From: Trueperaceae bacterium
GTDB taxonomy: Bacteria > Deinococcota > Deinococci > Deinococcales > Trueperaceae
Reading direction: 5' to 3'
Length of the DNA: 64,000 nt
NCBI GenBank assembly: GCA_965214405.1
Contig: OZ243956.1
Location: 3,200,001-3,264,000 of the forward strand
Shown piece by piece: positions 49,132 through 58,645 of the stretch (position 1 is its first letter; each line of letters begins with the position of its first letter). A program made the translations under genes and the position numbers. The notes under the pieces are model-generated. The model saw nothing but the letters and a program-made list of their open reading frames with translations, did not search any database and was not told the origin of the DNA.

Positions 49132-50244
49132 ATGAAACGTCGTGATTTTTTGAAAAGAGCGGGTGCGGCTGCGGCTGCGAGTGCTACCTTCTCGCCTTTA
49201 ATGTTCGCCAACGCGCAGGCGGCGACCTTCTCCTTTGAGATGGTCACCTCGTGGCCGTCGTCGCTCGACACGATTTTTGGCGGGGCGACCAACACCGCCA
49301 GAAATATCGAGGCCCTGACCGACGGCGACGTGACCGTCGAAGTTTACCCGGCGGGCGCGCAAGTGGGCGGCCTGGAGGTTTATGACGCAGTCTCCTCGGG
49401 CGCGTTTGCGATGGGCCACACCGCGTCTTACTACTACGTCGGCAAAAACCCGACGCACGCCTTTTTTACGACCGTGCCTTTTGGCCTCAACGCGCAGCAA
49501 ATCAACGCCTGGTTTTATCAGGGCGGCGCGCTCGACTTGTTCAACGAACTCAACGCCAACGACAACCTCATCGCCTTTCCGGCGGGCAACACGGGCGTGC
49601 AGATGGGCGGCTGGTTCAACAAAGAGATCAACTCGCCCGCCGACCTCCAGGGCCTCACCATGCGCATTCCGGGCTTGGGCGGTCAGGTGATGACGCGCGT
49701 CGGGGCCAACGTGCAGAACATCCCCGGCGGCGAAATTTTCTTGGCGCTCGACACGGGCGTGTTAGACGCCGCCGAATGGGTGAGCCCCTACGACGACGAA
49801 ATCTTAGGGTTAAACACCGCGGCGCAGTTTTACTACGCCCCCGGCTGGCACGAGCCCGGCCCGACGCTCGCCACCTACGTGAATTTGGACACCTACAACG
49901 GGCTGCCCGCGGACATCCAAAACGTCATTCAGACCGCCTCGAAAGCGGCCAACGTGCAGATGCTCGCGGACTATGACGCCAAGAACGGCCCCGCCTTGAA
50001 CCGCCTTGTCGAGGCGGGCACCCAGGTGCGTTCGTTCCCGACGGAGGTTTTGGCTACGCTCGAGGACGCCATGAACGCCATCCACGACGAGACCGCCGCC
50101 AGCAACGACTTTTACGCCAGCGTCTACGAGAACTTCCGCACCTTCCGCGACGCCGTCCGCGACTGGAACCAAATTGGCGAGTACGCCTACCAGAACTACG
50201 TCTATAGAAACGCCGAAGGCGGCACCGGCGGTAGCGGGAGTTAA
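49132..50244 (+). CDS. TRAP transporter substrate-binding protein (TakP/alpha-keto-acid type), Tat-exported
   Basis: MKRRDFLK Tat motif; MVTSWP, GNTGVQMGGWF, MRIPG, DAAEW, PGWHEPG. Confidence 0.9.
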   Translation: MKRRDFLKRAGAAAAASATFSPLMFANAQAATFSFEMVTSWPSSLDTIFGGATNTARNIEALTDGDVTVEVYPAGAQVGGLEVYDAVSSGAFAMGHTASYYYVGKNPTHAFFTTVPFGLNAQQINAWFYQGGALDLFNELNANDNLIAFPAGNTGVQMGGWFNKEINSPADLQGLTMRIPGLGGQVMTRVGANVQNIPGGEIFLALDTGVLDAAEWVSPYDDEILGLNTAAQFYYAPGWHEPGPTLATYVNLDTYNGLPADIQNVIQTASKAANVQMLADYDAKNGPALNRLVEAGTQVRSFPTEVLATLEDAMNAIHDETAASNDFYASVYENFRTFRDAVRDWNQIGEYAYQNYVYRNAEGGTGGSGS

Positions 50245-50267
50245 CGCCGAGCTTTAAGCACTCAATC

Positions 50268-50296
50268 AAAAACGCCTCCTGTTCGGGAGGCGTTTT
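50268..50296. terminator. Bidirectional intrinsic terminator
   Basis: AAAAACGCCTCC-TGTTCG-GGAGGCGTTTT between convergent TRAP genes. Confidence 0.85.
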
Positions 50297-50328
50297 ACTC
50301 TTTTATAGACGTTTTATTTATAGGCGTT

Positions 50329-51705
50329 CTATCCTGATGTGTTAGCCAGCGAGGGCAGCCAGGTCACGATCTCCGGAAAAATCACGATGAGGAGCAGCGC
50401 GAAAAGCTGAATGATGATAAAGGGAACGATGCCCTGATAGATGTGGGTGGTTTTAATCGACGGCGGCGCGACGCCTTTGAGGTAAAAGAGCGCGAAGCCG
50501 AAGGGCGGCGTCAAGAACGAGGCTTGCAGGTTCATGGCGATCAGCACGCCGAACCAGGTCATCATGTCCGCGCCGAAGTAGTTCCGCGCGATAGGCGCGA
50601 TAAAGGGCACGACGATAAAGGTGATTTCGATAAAGTCGATGAAAAAGCCCAGCAAAAAGATGACCAGCATGGTGAAAAAGACAAAGCCCCAGCGCCCGCC
50701 CGGCAGGTTGAGCAAAAACGAGTCGACGAGCTGCGGGCCGCGCAAGGCCGCGAATACCATGCTAAACGCCGTCGCGCCGACCAAAATGATAAAGACCATG
50801 CTGGTAAGCCTGACGGCCTGGTCCATCGTGTCGAGCAGGTTTCGCAGCGTGAGCCTGCGGTTAATGGCGGCTAAGATCATCGCGCCAATCGCGCCCATCG
50901 CGCCCGCCTCGGTGGGGGTGGCGAAGCCGAAGAAAATGGTGCCCAGCACGAGCAAGATGAGAAAAAGGGGCGGGATGAGGCTTTTGAGGACCCTGAGGAA
51001 AAGTTTGGAGCCGCTCAAGTTACGCGCTTCTAGCGGCATCGCAGGCGCTTCTTTGGGCCGCGCGAAGGCGACGAACACGACCCACAAGATAAACAGCCCC
51101 GCCAGCATAAAGCCCGGAATAAACGCGCCCAAGAAAAGCTGACCCACCGAGACGCCGATTTGATCGCCCAAAATAACCAGCACGATGGACGGCGGGATAA
51201 TCTGCCCCAGCGTGCCCGATGAGGCGATTACCCCCGTGGCGAGCGGTTTGCTGTAGTTGTACTTGAGCATGACGGGCAGCGCCAACACCCCCATCGTCAC
51301 CACCGACGCGCCGACGACGCCCGTCGAGGCGGCCAGAAGCGCGCCCACCGCCACCACCGAAATCGCCAGACCGCCCCGCAGGGAGCCGAAAAGCATCCCC
51401 ATCGTTTCCAAAAGTTCTTCGGCCAGCCCCGACTTTTCCAACATCACGCCCATAAAGACAAAAAACGGCACCGCGACGAGCGTGTAGTTGTCCATAATGG
51501 TGCCGAAAATTCGCTGCGGTAAGATGTTGAGACGCGCCAGGGGGAACGCGGGGTCCCAGGGGAGGTCGACGCCCCACATGGGCAGCAAGTTAGAGCCGAT
51601 AAGCGTAAAAAGCACTGCGGTGCCGCCCAGGCTAAAGGCCACCGGATAGCCGACGAGCAGCAGCAAAATAGCGGCGGCGAACATCCACAAGCTCAGGTAT
51701 TCCAC
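50329..51705 (-). CDS. TRAP transporter large permease (DctM)
   Basis: GYPVAFSL, AVPFFVFMG, GTLGQIIPPS, TPTEAGA, LTPPFG. Confidence 0.92.
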   Translation of the reverse strand: MEYLSLWMFAAAILLLLVGYPVAFSLGGTAVLFTLIGSNLLPMWGVDLPWDPAFPLARLNILPQRIFGTIMDNYTLVAVPFFVFMGVMLEKSGLAEELLETMGMLFGSLRGGLAISVVAVGALLAASTGVVGASVVTMGVLALPVMLKYNYSKPLATGVIASSGTLGQIIPPSIVLVILGDQIGVSVGQLFLGAFIPGFMLAGLFILWVVFVAFARPKEAPAMPLEARNLSGSKLFLRVLKSLIPPLFLILLVLGTIFFGFATPTEAGAMGAIGAMILAAINRRLTLRNLLDTMDQAVRLTSMVFIILVGATAFSMVFAALRGPQLVDSFLLNLPGGRWGFVFFTMLVIFLLGFFIDFIEITFIVVPFIAPIARNYFGADMMTWFGVLIAMNLQASFLTPPFGFALFYLKGVAPPSIKTTHIYQGIVPFIIIQLFALLLIVIFPEIVTWLPSLANTSG

Positions 51706-52268
51706 TACACCGCCTCCATCTGCTCGGTCACGCCCTCACCGGGATGTGGTCTGTTGCCGCGCAAAAAATCTATTTTCTTGATCACTTCGCTCAAGCCCTG
51801 CAAAATAAGGAGCGCGAACGCGATGATGATGACCGTTTTAATAGGGTAAACGGGAAGATTCGCCGCGTTGACATTAACCTCGCCCTGCCGCCACGAGCTC
51901 GCCACGTAGCTCTGCGACAAGTAAATGCCCAACGTGCAAAAGGGAATGAGAAAAATGAAGGTAAAAACAATATCGACCCAGGCCCTCACCCGCTCGCTAT
52001 AGGTCGTGTAAAGGATGTCCACCCGGACGTGCCCATCTTTTCTAAGCACGTAACCCGCGCCGAGAAGGAAAATAAGGTTATACGCGTAGGTCTGCAACGT
52101 GATGTAAATCGTGCCGCCCAACGACTCACCGATGGCGCGGCCCACGTAGCGCGTGACGACGTTGGTCGCGCCGATAAATACCATAAGAAGCGCGGTCCAG
52201 AACATCACGTAACCCAGCCAAGTGGTCACCGTGTCAACCGCTTTTGAGAAGCCCAAAAGAAACCTCAC
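51705..52268 (-). CDS. TRAP transporter small permease (DctQ)
   Basis: 4 TM; VVTRY, GHVRVDIL, LQGLSE. Confidence 0.88.
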   Translation of the reverse strand: MRFLLGFSKAVDTVTTWLGYVMFWTALLMVFIGATNVVTRYVGRAIGESLGGTIYITLQTYAYNLIFLLGAGYVLRKDGHVRVDILYTTYSERVRAWVDIVFTFIFLIPFCTLGIYLSQSYVASSWRQGEVNVNAANLPVYPIKTVIIIAFALLILQGLSEVIKKIDFLRGNRPHPGEGVTEQMEAV

Positions 52269-52444
52269 GTGTCTCTCCCTCCGCACCTGACATTCCAAAA
52301 CCCCCAAAAGCCCCGGCGATGCGACGCCTGTGCTGCTACATCGACAACTCTGCTATTGTGTCTGCACCTTTGTAACGTTTGCCATCGTAACGTTTGCAGG
52401 GAGGAGGCGTCAATGCAGGAGGCCATCCAGGGGCCAGTAGAAGC

Positions 52445-52481
52445 AAAAGAAGAAGCCGAAGCGTTTCGCTCCGGCTTCTTT
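52445..52481 (-). terminator. Intrinsic terminator downstream of 52509..53060
   Basis: AAGAAGCCG...CGGCTTCTT stem with flanking A/T tracts. Confidence 0.65.
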
Positions 52482-52508
52482 ACGCAACTTGTTTAGGGTA
52501 TTGGCTTT

Positions 52509-53060
52509 TTAGTCGCTGTCGCCGCCCGTGCCGCCCGTCATGTCCATGTCGCCACCGGTCATGTCCATGCCACCGGTCATATCCATACCGCCCGTCATGT
52601 CCATGCCACCGGTCATGTCCATACCGCCCGTCACGCCCATGCCACCGGTCATGCCCATGCCGCCCGTCATACCGCCACCGAGGCTGGTAAGCATCGAACC
52701 CAAGGTGGTGAGTTGTTCGGCCTGATCAGAATCCGTCACCGTGGCCGCGGCGGCTGTGGTTTGCGCGCCTAAGCTAAGAAGAAGACTGTTGGCCTCTTCC
52801 ACGTTCATCGGATCGGCTTGCAACGCGGTCGCAAGTTGCCCGAGTTCATCCGCGACATCAGTTAACCCAGCGTCACTTAAGGTCGTCTGCCAGCCCTCGA
52901 TGTTGGCAAGAGCCGCGTCGAGCGGCAAGTTTTCGACGCCGCCCTCGAGCGCTTCAATGGTGCCTTCTAATGTCGGCGCTTCGCCGCCGGTTTGCGCCAT
53001 ACCCAGGGTCATGACGCCCATGATTGCTGCGATTCCTAAGATCTTGAGTGCATTCTTCAT
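52509..53060 (-). CDS. Secreted helical protein with C-terminal Met-rich (TGGMDM)n tail
   Basis: Signal peptide ending GMA-Q; about 8 MTGG-containing repeats; GAGGG RBS. Confidence 0.75.
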   Translation of the reverse strand: MKNALKILGIAAIMGVMTLGMAQTGGEAPTLEGTIEALEGGVENLPLDAALANIEGWQTTLSDAGLTDVADELGQLATALQADPMNVEEANSLLLSLGAQTTAAAATVTDSDQAEQLTTLGSMLTSLGGGMTGGMGMTGGMGVTGGMDMTGGMDMTGGMDMTGGMDMTGGDMDMTGGTGGDSD

Positions 53061-53329
53061 TTTTTCCCTCTCCTCTTGCGTTTTGCTGTGTGTCTTGTGT
53101 TTCCTGATTGGCTTTAGCTCGAGAGCCTATACATGCCTTGCCTTGTGAACTTTTTTACTCCCTAGCTGCTTTCAGTGTAAGGAGAGATGAGCCCGCCTTG
53201 TGGTCTAAAACCTACAATGTTATCTTCCGAGTTCTCACGAGGCTACAGGGCTATGTTTTGCCTCGCCTCCGGTGCTCGCGTGACGTCTCACCGCTGGTCT
53301 CGCTTTTCACTTGGGGAGGTTCTGCGTGA

Positions 53330-53354
53330 AAAACCGGGGCAGAGCCCCGGTTTT
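53330..53354 (-). terminator. Intrinsic terminator downstream of 53391..54188
   Basis: AAAACCGGGGC-AGA-GCCCCGGTTTT. Confidence 0.75.
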
Positions 53355-53390
53355 GCGTGAGTGATATGAACTGTTACGTGTGAACGCGCG

Positions 53391-54188
53391 CTAGTTGCTG
53401 CCTCCCGTCGTACCTGCACCGCTACCTAGCTCGGTAAGAAATGCGCCCAAGCGCGCGAGTTGGGAGGACGTATCCTCGTCGGTGGCGTTGTCGGCCGCTG
53501 CGGTCGTCTGCGCGCCTAAGCTGAGGAGCAGGCCACCAACTTCATCCTGATCCACCGGATCGGCTTGCAACGCGGTCGCAAGTTGCCCGAGTTCATCCGC
53601 GACATCGGTTAACCCGGCGTCACTTAGGGTCGTCTGCCAGCCTTCAATGTTGCTGAGAGCTGCGTCTAGGGGTAAATTCTCAACACCGCCCTCGAGTGCT
53701 TCAATCGTGCTTTCCAGCGTCGGCGCTTCGCCCATACCGCCGGTCACCGCGCCACCGGTCATTGCGCCACCGGTCATCGCGCCGCCAGTCTCATCCAAAG
53801 TCAGCGCTTCCGCGCGGTTTTCCAGCTCTCCACCGCTGCTGATTTGCTGTTCTCCTAGAGCCTCGCCCCCGGTCATACCGCCCGTCATCGCCCCACCGCT
53901 CTCATCCAGGGTCAGCGCTTCGGCGCGGCTCTCGAGTTCACCGCCGCTGCTGATTTGCTGTTCCCCCAGACCTTCGCCGCCGGTCATGCCCATTTGCCCC
54001 TCGAGCTCTTCTATAAGCCTGCCTAACTGCTCATAAAGGTCGCGCAGTTCTTGCAAGGTTTGCTCGGACATGTTGTCCATCTGAGCCACCATGTCCGCCC
54101 CGCCCGTGGTGGCCCCGCCGGTCTGCGCGAAAGCGCCCGTCATAGAGGCCGCGAAAACGACGAAGAGTGTTTTTAGAAGTCTTTTCAT
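53391..54188 (-). CDS. Secreted paralog of 52509..53060 with internal ~39-aa duplication and MTGG linkers
   Basis: Signal peptide ending AFA-Q; shared domain EAPTLE-x-TIEALEGGVENLPLDAAL...ELGQLATALQADP; GGGAG RBS before ATG 54188. Confidence 0.75.
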   Translation of the reverse strand: MKRLLKTLFVVFAASMTGAFAQTGGATTGGADMVAQMDNMSEQTLQELRDLYEQLGRLIEELEGQMGMTGGEGLGEQQISSGGELESRAEALTLDESGGAMTGGMTGGEALGEQQISSGGELENRAEALTLDETGGAMTGGAMTGGAVTGGMGEAPTLESTIEALEGGVENLPLDAALSNIEGWQTTLSDAGLTDVADELGQLATALQADPVDQDEVGGLLLSLGAQTTAAADNATDEDTSSQLARLGAFLTELGSGAGTTGGSN

Positions 54189-54574
54189 ATTTTTCTCCCT
54201 TGGTTTGCTTTTCCGTAAGTCACACTTAGCGCTTTGGGTTCGTCCGCAGGTTACGAACAGGCCGAGTTTCGTGGTGAACTGCCTCTTAAGAATAAAAAAT
54301 GCCGGTTTTGATACATCCACACGCCGCCCCCTCCTCACTTCTTTTTGTCGCCCACCCATTCTAGGATGCGAGCGCCCCCCACCTTTATTCCCCATCTCAC
54401 AATCCCAACGCAAAACGGTGGCGGCTCGAGCCGCCCACACCTGACGCCCTGTCCTAGACGGTGAGGCGTCACGACAGAACCTCCTGGGAGGTCCAGGAGG
54501 TCTGAGGTATTTTCAATGTAGGTTGGTGTGCCGCGCCTTCCACTGGCCCTTCCACTGTCAATCTGGCGCGCCGC

Positions 54575-54638
54575 GAGGCTTCAGGATTTAGAGGCTTCAG
54601 GGTTTAGAGGTTTCAGAACTTGGAGGCCTCAAAATCTA
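54575..54638. repeat. Degenerate 16-bp tandem repeat (4 units)
   Basis: GAGGCTTCAGGATTTA / GAGGCTTCAGGGTTTA / GAGGTTTCAGAACTTG / GAGGCCTCAAAATCTA. Confidence 0.7.
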
Positions 54639-55121
54639 ATGGTTGCGCTCAAAAGCGCGTCGCAAGCTTCCGCTGTGGTTTTTGGCCTCGGTAAGGAACG
54701 TGTCAACGTCCGACACGCTTTGCGCCTTGAGGTCGCCCTCTCCCGGAAGGGTGAGGCCGAGCGCCTCGAGCTGCGTTTCGGCGCTGGCAACCGCCGCCGC
54801 GTCGCAAACGTCTAAGCTGTCGGTGCCGTCAACCAAGTCGGCCAAAAAGAGCACGGCGGTGTCGCGGTCCAAAGTTGCGCTGCCGATGGCGTCTTCCATG
54901 CGGAGGAGGACGCAAGTGGACAAAACGCCGGGCCGCTGCATTTCCCAAAGAAAGACTCTCGCGTTGTTCCGCTCTTCTTCCGCGGTTGTGCCCGCTACCT
55001 CGTGGCCTGTCAAGAGTTCGGCCATCGTCATGACCATGTGGGTGCTCGGGTCCGCGCTGGCAAAACTTGCCGAAGCGAGCAGCGCGAGCGCGGCGATGAA
55101 AACGCATTTGGCTAGGTGCAT
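54636..55121 (-). CDS. Hypothetical secreted protein
   Basis: Signal peptide ending ASA-D; AAGGAG RBS. Confidence 0.65.
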   Translation of the reverse strand: MHLAKCVFIAALALLASASFASADPSTHMVMTMAELLTGHEVAGTTAEEERNNARVFLWEMQRPGVLSTCVLLRMEDAIGSATLDRDTAVLFLADLVDGTDSLDVCDAAAVASAETQLEALGLTLPGEGDLKAQSVSDVDTFLTEAKNHSGSLRRAFERNH

Positions 55122-55262
55122 AAACTCTCCTTTTTGAGTGTGGGTCGGAGGGGGGTCGAGTCCGGGTCTGTGGGTTAAGTCTAGGGCTGAGACGGGGGGA
55201 GATGGTGAGAGGGCTCGAGCCTTTTCTTAAGCCCTCCCTTAGATTGCCCGATTAGCGGCTGA

Positions 55263-58200
55263 TCAGTTGCCCCTGGGCGTGAGCAGCACGATTCTTCCGG
55301 CGACGCCCAGCGACTGCGGGCCAAAGTCCGCAATGTAGAGGTTGCCGCTACGCGTGTCTTCAACCAGATCGAGCGGTCCGTTAAAGCCGGTAAAGCCCGG
55401 AATGTTCGCCTCGGCCCCGGTCACGCGCTCGGTCACGCCGCCGTTACCGTCCAGCGAAAAGTATTGGATGTCCAACTCTTTGCTGTAGCGCACGTTCAAG
55501 AGTTTGCCCTTCAAGGCCCCGCCAAAGGTGTTGCTCGTGTACTCGATGACGCCGTTCGCCGAGGCGCTGTAGCCCGCGTCGAACACACCGCCCGCGTCGT
55601 AGTTGCGGTCGGGCTGGGTGCCTAGGGGGTAGTCGTCCATCTCGAAGATGGTCTTGGCGGCGGACACGTTGCCTGCGTTCAAGACCCATTCGCAGCGCGC
55701 CGGGTTGGGGTGACCGTAGTAGCGGCCTTCGGACACCCTAAAGAGGTAGTCGGTTTCTCTTTCGGAGTTGTTGGTGATGCCGGGAACACCCGTCCGGGTG
55801 TAAGCGCCGAAGCGGTTTTTGTCGAGGCGGTTTTGGCACGAGGCGGGCAGCGTGGCGGGCGTGGCGGGCGCGTTGCCGCCGTTGGCGGAGCCGTTGGTGG
55901 GGGTGTAGAGGTGGCCGTTGGAGTGCCACACCAGGTCGTACGCGTTGCGGATGCCGGAGGCGTAGATAGTCAAAGGCGCGTCTGCCGCAAAGGGATTGTA
56001 GGCGCCGCCTTCGTCGGTTTGCACGTTTAAGGGGAGGTTGGCGGGCAGTTTGGCGAGCTCGAGCTTGAGCACCGCGGCGCTTAAAAGCCGCTCCGGGCGC
56101 TCGCCCCAGGCCGCGTCGGGCGCGCCCATCGCGTTGTTGCTGCCCTGAGTAAAGTAGAGTGCGCCCTCGTCGCCGGGCCTAAAGGCGATGGAGTTGGTTT
56201 CGTGGTCGCGCACCGAGCGCGGCAAGCCCACGACGACGGCCTCGTACTTCCCTAAATCGGGGCCGCTCAAGCGGGCTAGTTTGCCCGTCCAGTCGTCCAC
56301 GTAGGGTCCCTTATAGGTCGGGTTGTCCGAAACCCAGAGGATGAGGTTGTCTGCGGTCGCCTTGGGGTCAAAGGTCAGACCGATGATGGTGCGGTCGGTG
56401 TCGCCGTTGGCGCTTCTCACTGCGCTGATGACCTCTTCTTGCGTCAGGCCGCCGTTGCTGCCGATGCGGTAGCGGTAGATGAGGCCGAAGGCGGTGCTCG
56501 CGTAGAGCTTGCCGTCCGGGCCGATGGTGACGCTCGTAAACTTTTGACCCGTATCGACGACGGTTTGGTCAAAGGCGATGGGTCCGGCGTTGGTGCTTAA
56601 GACGCCGGTGGTAAAGGTGCTTGCAAAGGGTACAAACGAGGCGCCGCTCCGGTCTTTCGCGCCGCTCTTGACCTCGAAGCGGTAGGCCGTGTTGGCGGCC
56701 AGCGGGAGTTCGCGGGCGTCGACCTTGAAAGAGAGCGTGTCCGCGCCGCCGCTCGTGTCCGGGGTGCCGCTCACCGGGGTGTTGTCGCTCAACCGGGTGA
56801 GCGTCACGTTGCCCCTAAGCGTCGACAAGTCCACGCCGCCGTTGGGAAGCCGCAAGCCTGCGGTCACCGTCGCGGTGTTGGGCGACACCCCGGTCGCGCC
56901 GCCCTCGGGGTCGACGGTCGTGACGTAAGGCCGCTGCGCGGCGCTAGCGTCTGCGCTTCTAATTTCTACATAATTAATTTTGCTGTTGAAGCCGCCTACC
57001 GGGTCGATGGTCAGCCTGCCGTCCGTAACGTTGACAGTGACCGTGCCGCGTCCAAACTCGTCTTTCGCGTTCGCCTGAAAGCGGGAGAGCGCGGGGACGC
57101 CCTCGACGTTGAGCGTGTGCTGGCTGTCATAGCCGTCCGTACCGGGCGCGTCGCCCGCGGCCACAGTCACCTGGTAACTGCCGTTGGGCAGCGCGTATTC
57201 CCAGTAAACCTCTTTGAGGAAGCCCCCAAATTGGGTGCAGCAGTCGCCGCGCTGAAGGTGGATGAGGGTGTCGAGTTCTTGGGGGACGCCTGCGCGGTTG
57301 CGGTCGCGCGCCGCGCCGGAGGCGTCGATGGGCGTACGGGTGCTCAGCTCGAGCCAGCCGTACGTCCCGCTGGCCTGAACGCCGTAAGGCTGACCGTGGT
57401 CTTTGATAAAGCCACCCGGAAGGGGCGCATCTTTGGTTTGAAAGTTGACCTTGACGTCCAGTTGCGGCTGGGGCTCACCCGGACCTCTGCCGAGAAGGTA
57501 CTTGGCCTCTAGGCCGCCGCTCGCTTGGGCAATCTTGACGTCGTTGAGGCGCAGGCTGGGGGCGGCGCAGGTGGGGTCGGCGGACGTGCCCAGGATGACG
57601 ACGCGGCTTGCCCCGGCTTTGTTGGCCCTCGAGCACACCTCGCCCGCGTTACCCTCTTCAGCGCCCCGCGTGACCTGGCTGGGGCCGTTGGCGACCGCGG
57701 CAAAAGAGAGCGTAAAGGAGAAGGGGAACGAAGCCGACTGGGAGGGGTTGTAAGGGAACTTGATGGCGAAACTCACGACGCCCTCTTCGCTGGCGTTAAG
57801 GGCTTGGCCTCCGGCGGCGCTGTGAACCGAGTAGCCGTACTCTAAAAGTGTGCCAAAGGCAAGCTCACTTTGCACCCCGGCCACTTGCGCGGCGCTAAAA
57901 CCCTGGAAGTCGGCCTCGTCCGCCTTGACGACCAAGCGCCCGCTGTTGTCCGCCATGCGGTGCGTCGGGAGGATGCTCCGCGCCAAAGCGGGGTCGGTGA
58001 CCGCCTGGTTACGCGCGTCTCTGAGTTCAGAAATCGCCGTACCCGCAATGGCACCGGACGTGCTCAGCGCGTAGAAGGAGAGGTTGTCAACTTTGACGTT
58101 GGAGGTGTTGCCGACCTTGAACGTGCCATAGAGATAGCGCACCCCGTCCTTGTCGGTCAAACCTTTAGAAAGCGGCGCAAAGGAAAACGCGCTGACGGTG

Positions 58201-58388
58201 GCTTGGGTTGACAGGTGAGAGGAAGAAGTAGAAAGCTCACCCGAGGCGGGGTCAACCTGAAAGGTCACGTCAACTTGACCGAGCACCCGCGGCGAAGCGT
58301 CTGGAGCAGGGGCAGGCGGCGTGGGACGGGAACGCCCGCAGGCGGTAAGCAGGAGAACGAGGGCTAAAAAGACGAGCAGTTTTTTCAT
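55263..58388 (-). CDS. Large lipoprotein: shared N-terminal domain, carbohydrate-binding-like domain, Ig-like domain and glucose/sorbosone-dehydrogenase-like beta-propeller
   Basis: Lipobox LTAC; KVNFQ...WEYALPNGSYQV...KINYVEI; PYVTTVDP...FTTG; GPDGKLY, GIRNAYDL, YYGHPNP. Confidence 0.75.
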   Translation of the reverse strand: MKKLLVFLALVLLLTACGRSRPTPPAPAPDASPRVLGQVDVTFQVDPASGELSTSSSHLSTQATVSAFSFAPLSKGLTDKDGVRYLYGTFKVGNTSNVKVDNLSFYALSTSGAIAGTAISELRDARNQAVTDPALARSILPTHRMADNSGRLVVKADEADFQGFSAAQVAGVQSELAFGTLLEYGYSVHSAAGGQALNASEEGVVSFAIKFPYNPSQSASFPFSFTLSFAAVANGPSQVTRGAEEGNAGEVCSRANKAGASRVVILGTSADPTCAAPSLRLNDVKIAQASGGLEAKYLLGRGPGEPQPQLDVKVNFQTKDAPLPGGFIKDHGQPYGVQASGTYGWLELSTRTPIDASGAARDRNRAGVPQELDTLIHLQRGDCCTQFGGFLKEVYWEYALPNGSYQVTVAAGDAPGTDGYDSQHTLNVEGVPALSRFQANAKDEFGRGTVTVNVTDGRLTIDPVGGFNSKINYVEIRSADASAAQRPYVTTVDPEGGATGVSPNTATVTAGLRLPNGGVDLSTLRGNVTLTRLSDNTPVSGTPDTSGGADTLSFKVDARELPLAANTAYRFEVKSGAKDRSGASFVPFASTFTTGVLSTNAGPIAFDQTVVDTGQKFTSVTIGPDGKLYASTAFGLIYRYRIGSNGGLTQEEVISAVRSANGDTDRTIIGLTFDPKATADNLILWVSDNPTYKGPYVDDWTGKLARLSGPDLGKYEAVVVGLPRSVRDHETNSIAFRPGDEGALYFTQGSNNAMGAPDAAWGERPERLLSAAVLKLELAKLPANLPLNVQTDEGGAYNPFAADAPLTIYASGIRNAYDLVWHSNGHLYTPTNGSANGGNAPATPATLPASCQNRLDKNRFGAYTRTGVPGITNNSERETDYLFRVSEGRYYGHPNPARCEWVLNAGNVSAAKTIFEMDDYPLGTQPDRNYDAGGVFDAGYSASANGVIEYTSNTFGGALKGKLLNVRYSKELDIQYFSLDGNGGVTERVTGAEANIPGFTGFNGPLDLVEDTRSGNLYIADFGPQSLGVAGRIVLLTPRGN

Positions 58389-58465
58389 AGAACGTCCAAA
58401 CCGGCAGGGGTGCCTAAGCGAGAGGGGTGGGTGGGCTGACGAGACATAGAACCTCCTGGAGAAGT
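58102..58465. repeat. Direct repeat copy 1 (364 bp; one mismatch seen vs copy 2 at 62049-62412)
   Basis: Manual alignment at offset 3947; covers the leader and first ~95 codons. Confidence 0.92.
58385..58447 (-). CDS. 20-aa leader ORF MSRQPTHPSRLGTPAGLDVL, coupled to the lipoprotein start
   Basis: AGGAGG-TTCT-ATG; its TGA overlaps the lipoprotein ATG (ATGA). Confidence 0.55.
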   Translation of the reverse strand: MSRQPTHPSRLGTPAGLDVL

Positions 58466-58513
58466 CTTGAGGTATTGTGCTTGGGTGAGCGTTTCGTGAG
58501 CGTTCCTTCGGGC

Positions 58514-58553
58514 AAAATAAAAGCGCCGCGCTAAAGGGTTTAGCGCGGCGCTT
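58514..58553 (-). terminator. Intrinsic terminator of 58646..62335
   Basis: AAGCGCCGCGCTAAA-GGG-TTTAGCGCGGCGCTT with a T-rich tail on the minus strand. Confidence 0.8.
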
Positions 58554-58645
58554 GTGGACTGTGGGCGTTGTGGGCTCGAGCCCCCTGCTTATCTAAATCT
58601 GGGACTCGGTACCCTTTACTCGTAACTCGGTACTTTTCTTACGCG

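Noticed and set aside
54479..54501. ACCTCCTGG...CCAGGAGGT hairpin partly resembling the lipoprotein leader
   Set aside because: The similarity is only ~12 nt around an SD-like sequence; more likely a plain hairpin downstream of 54636..55121.
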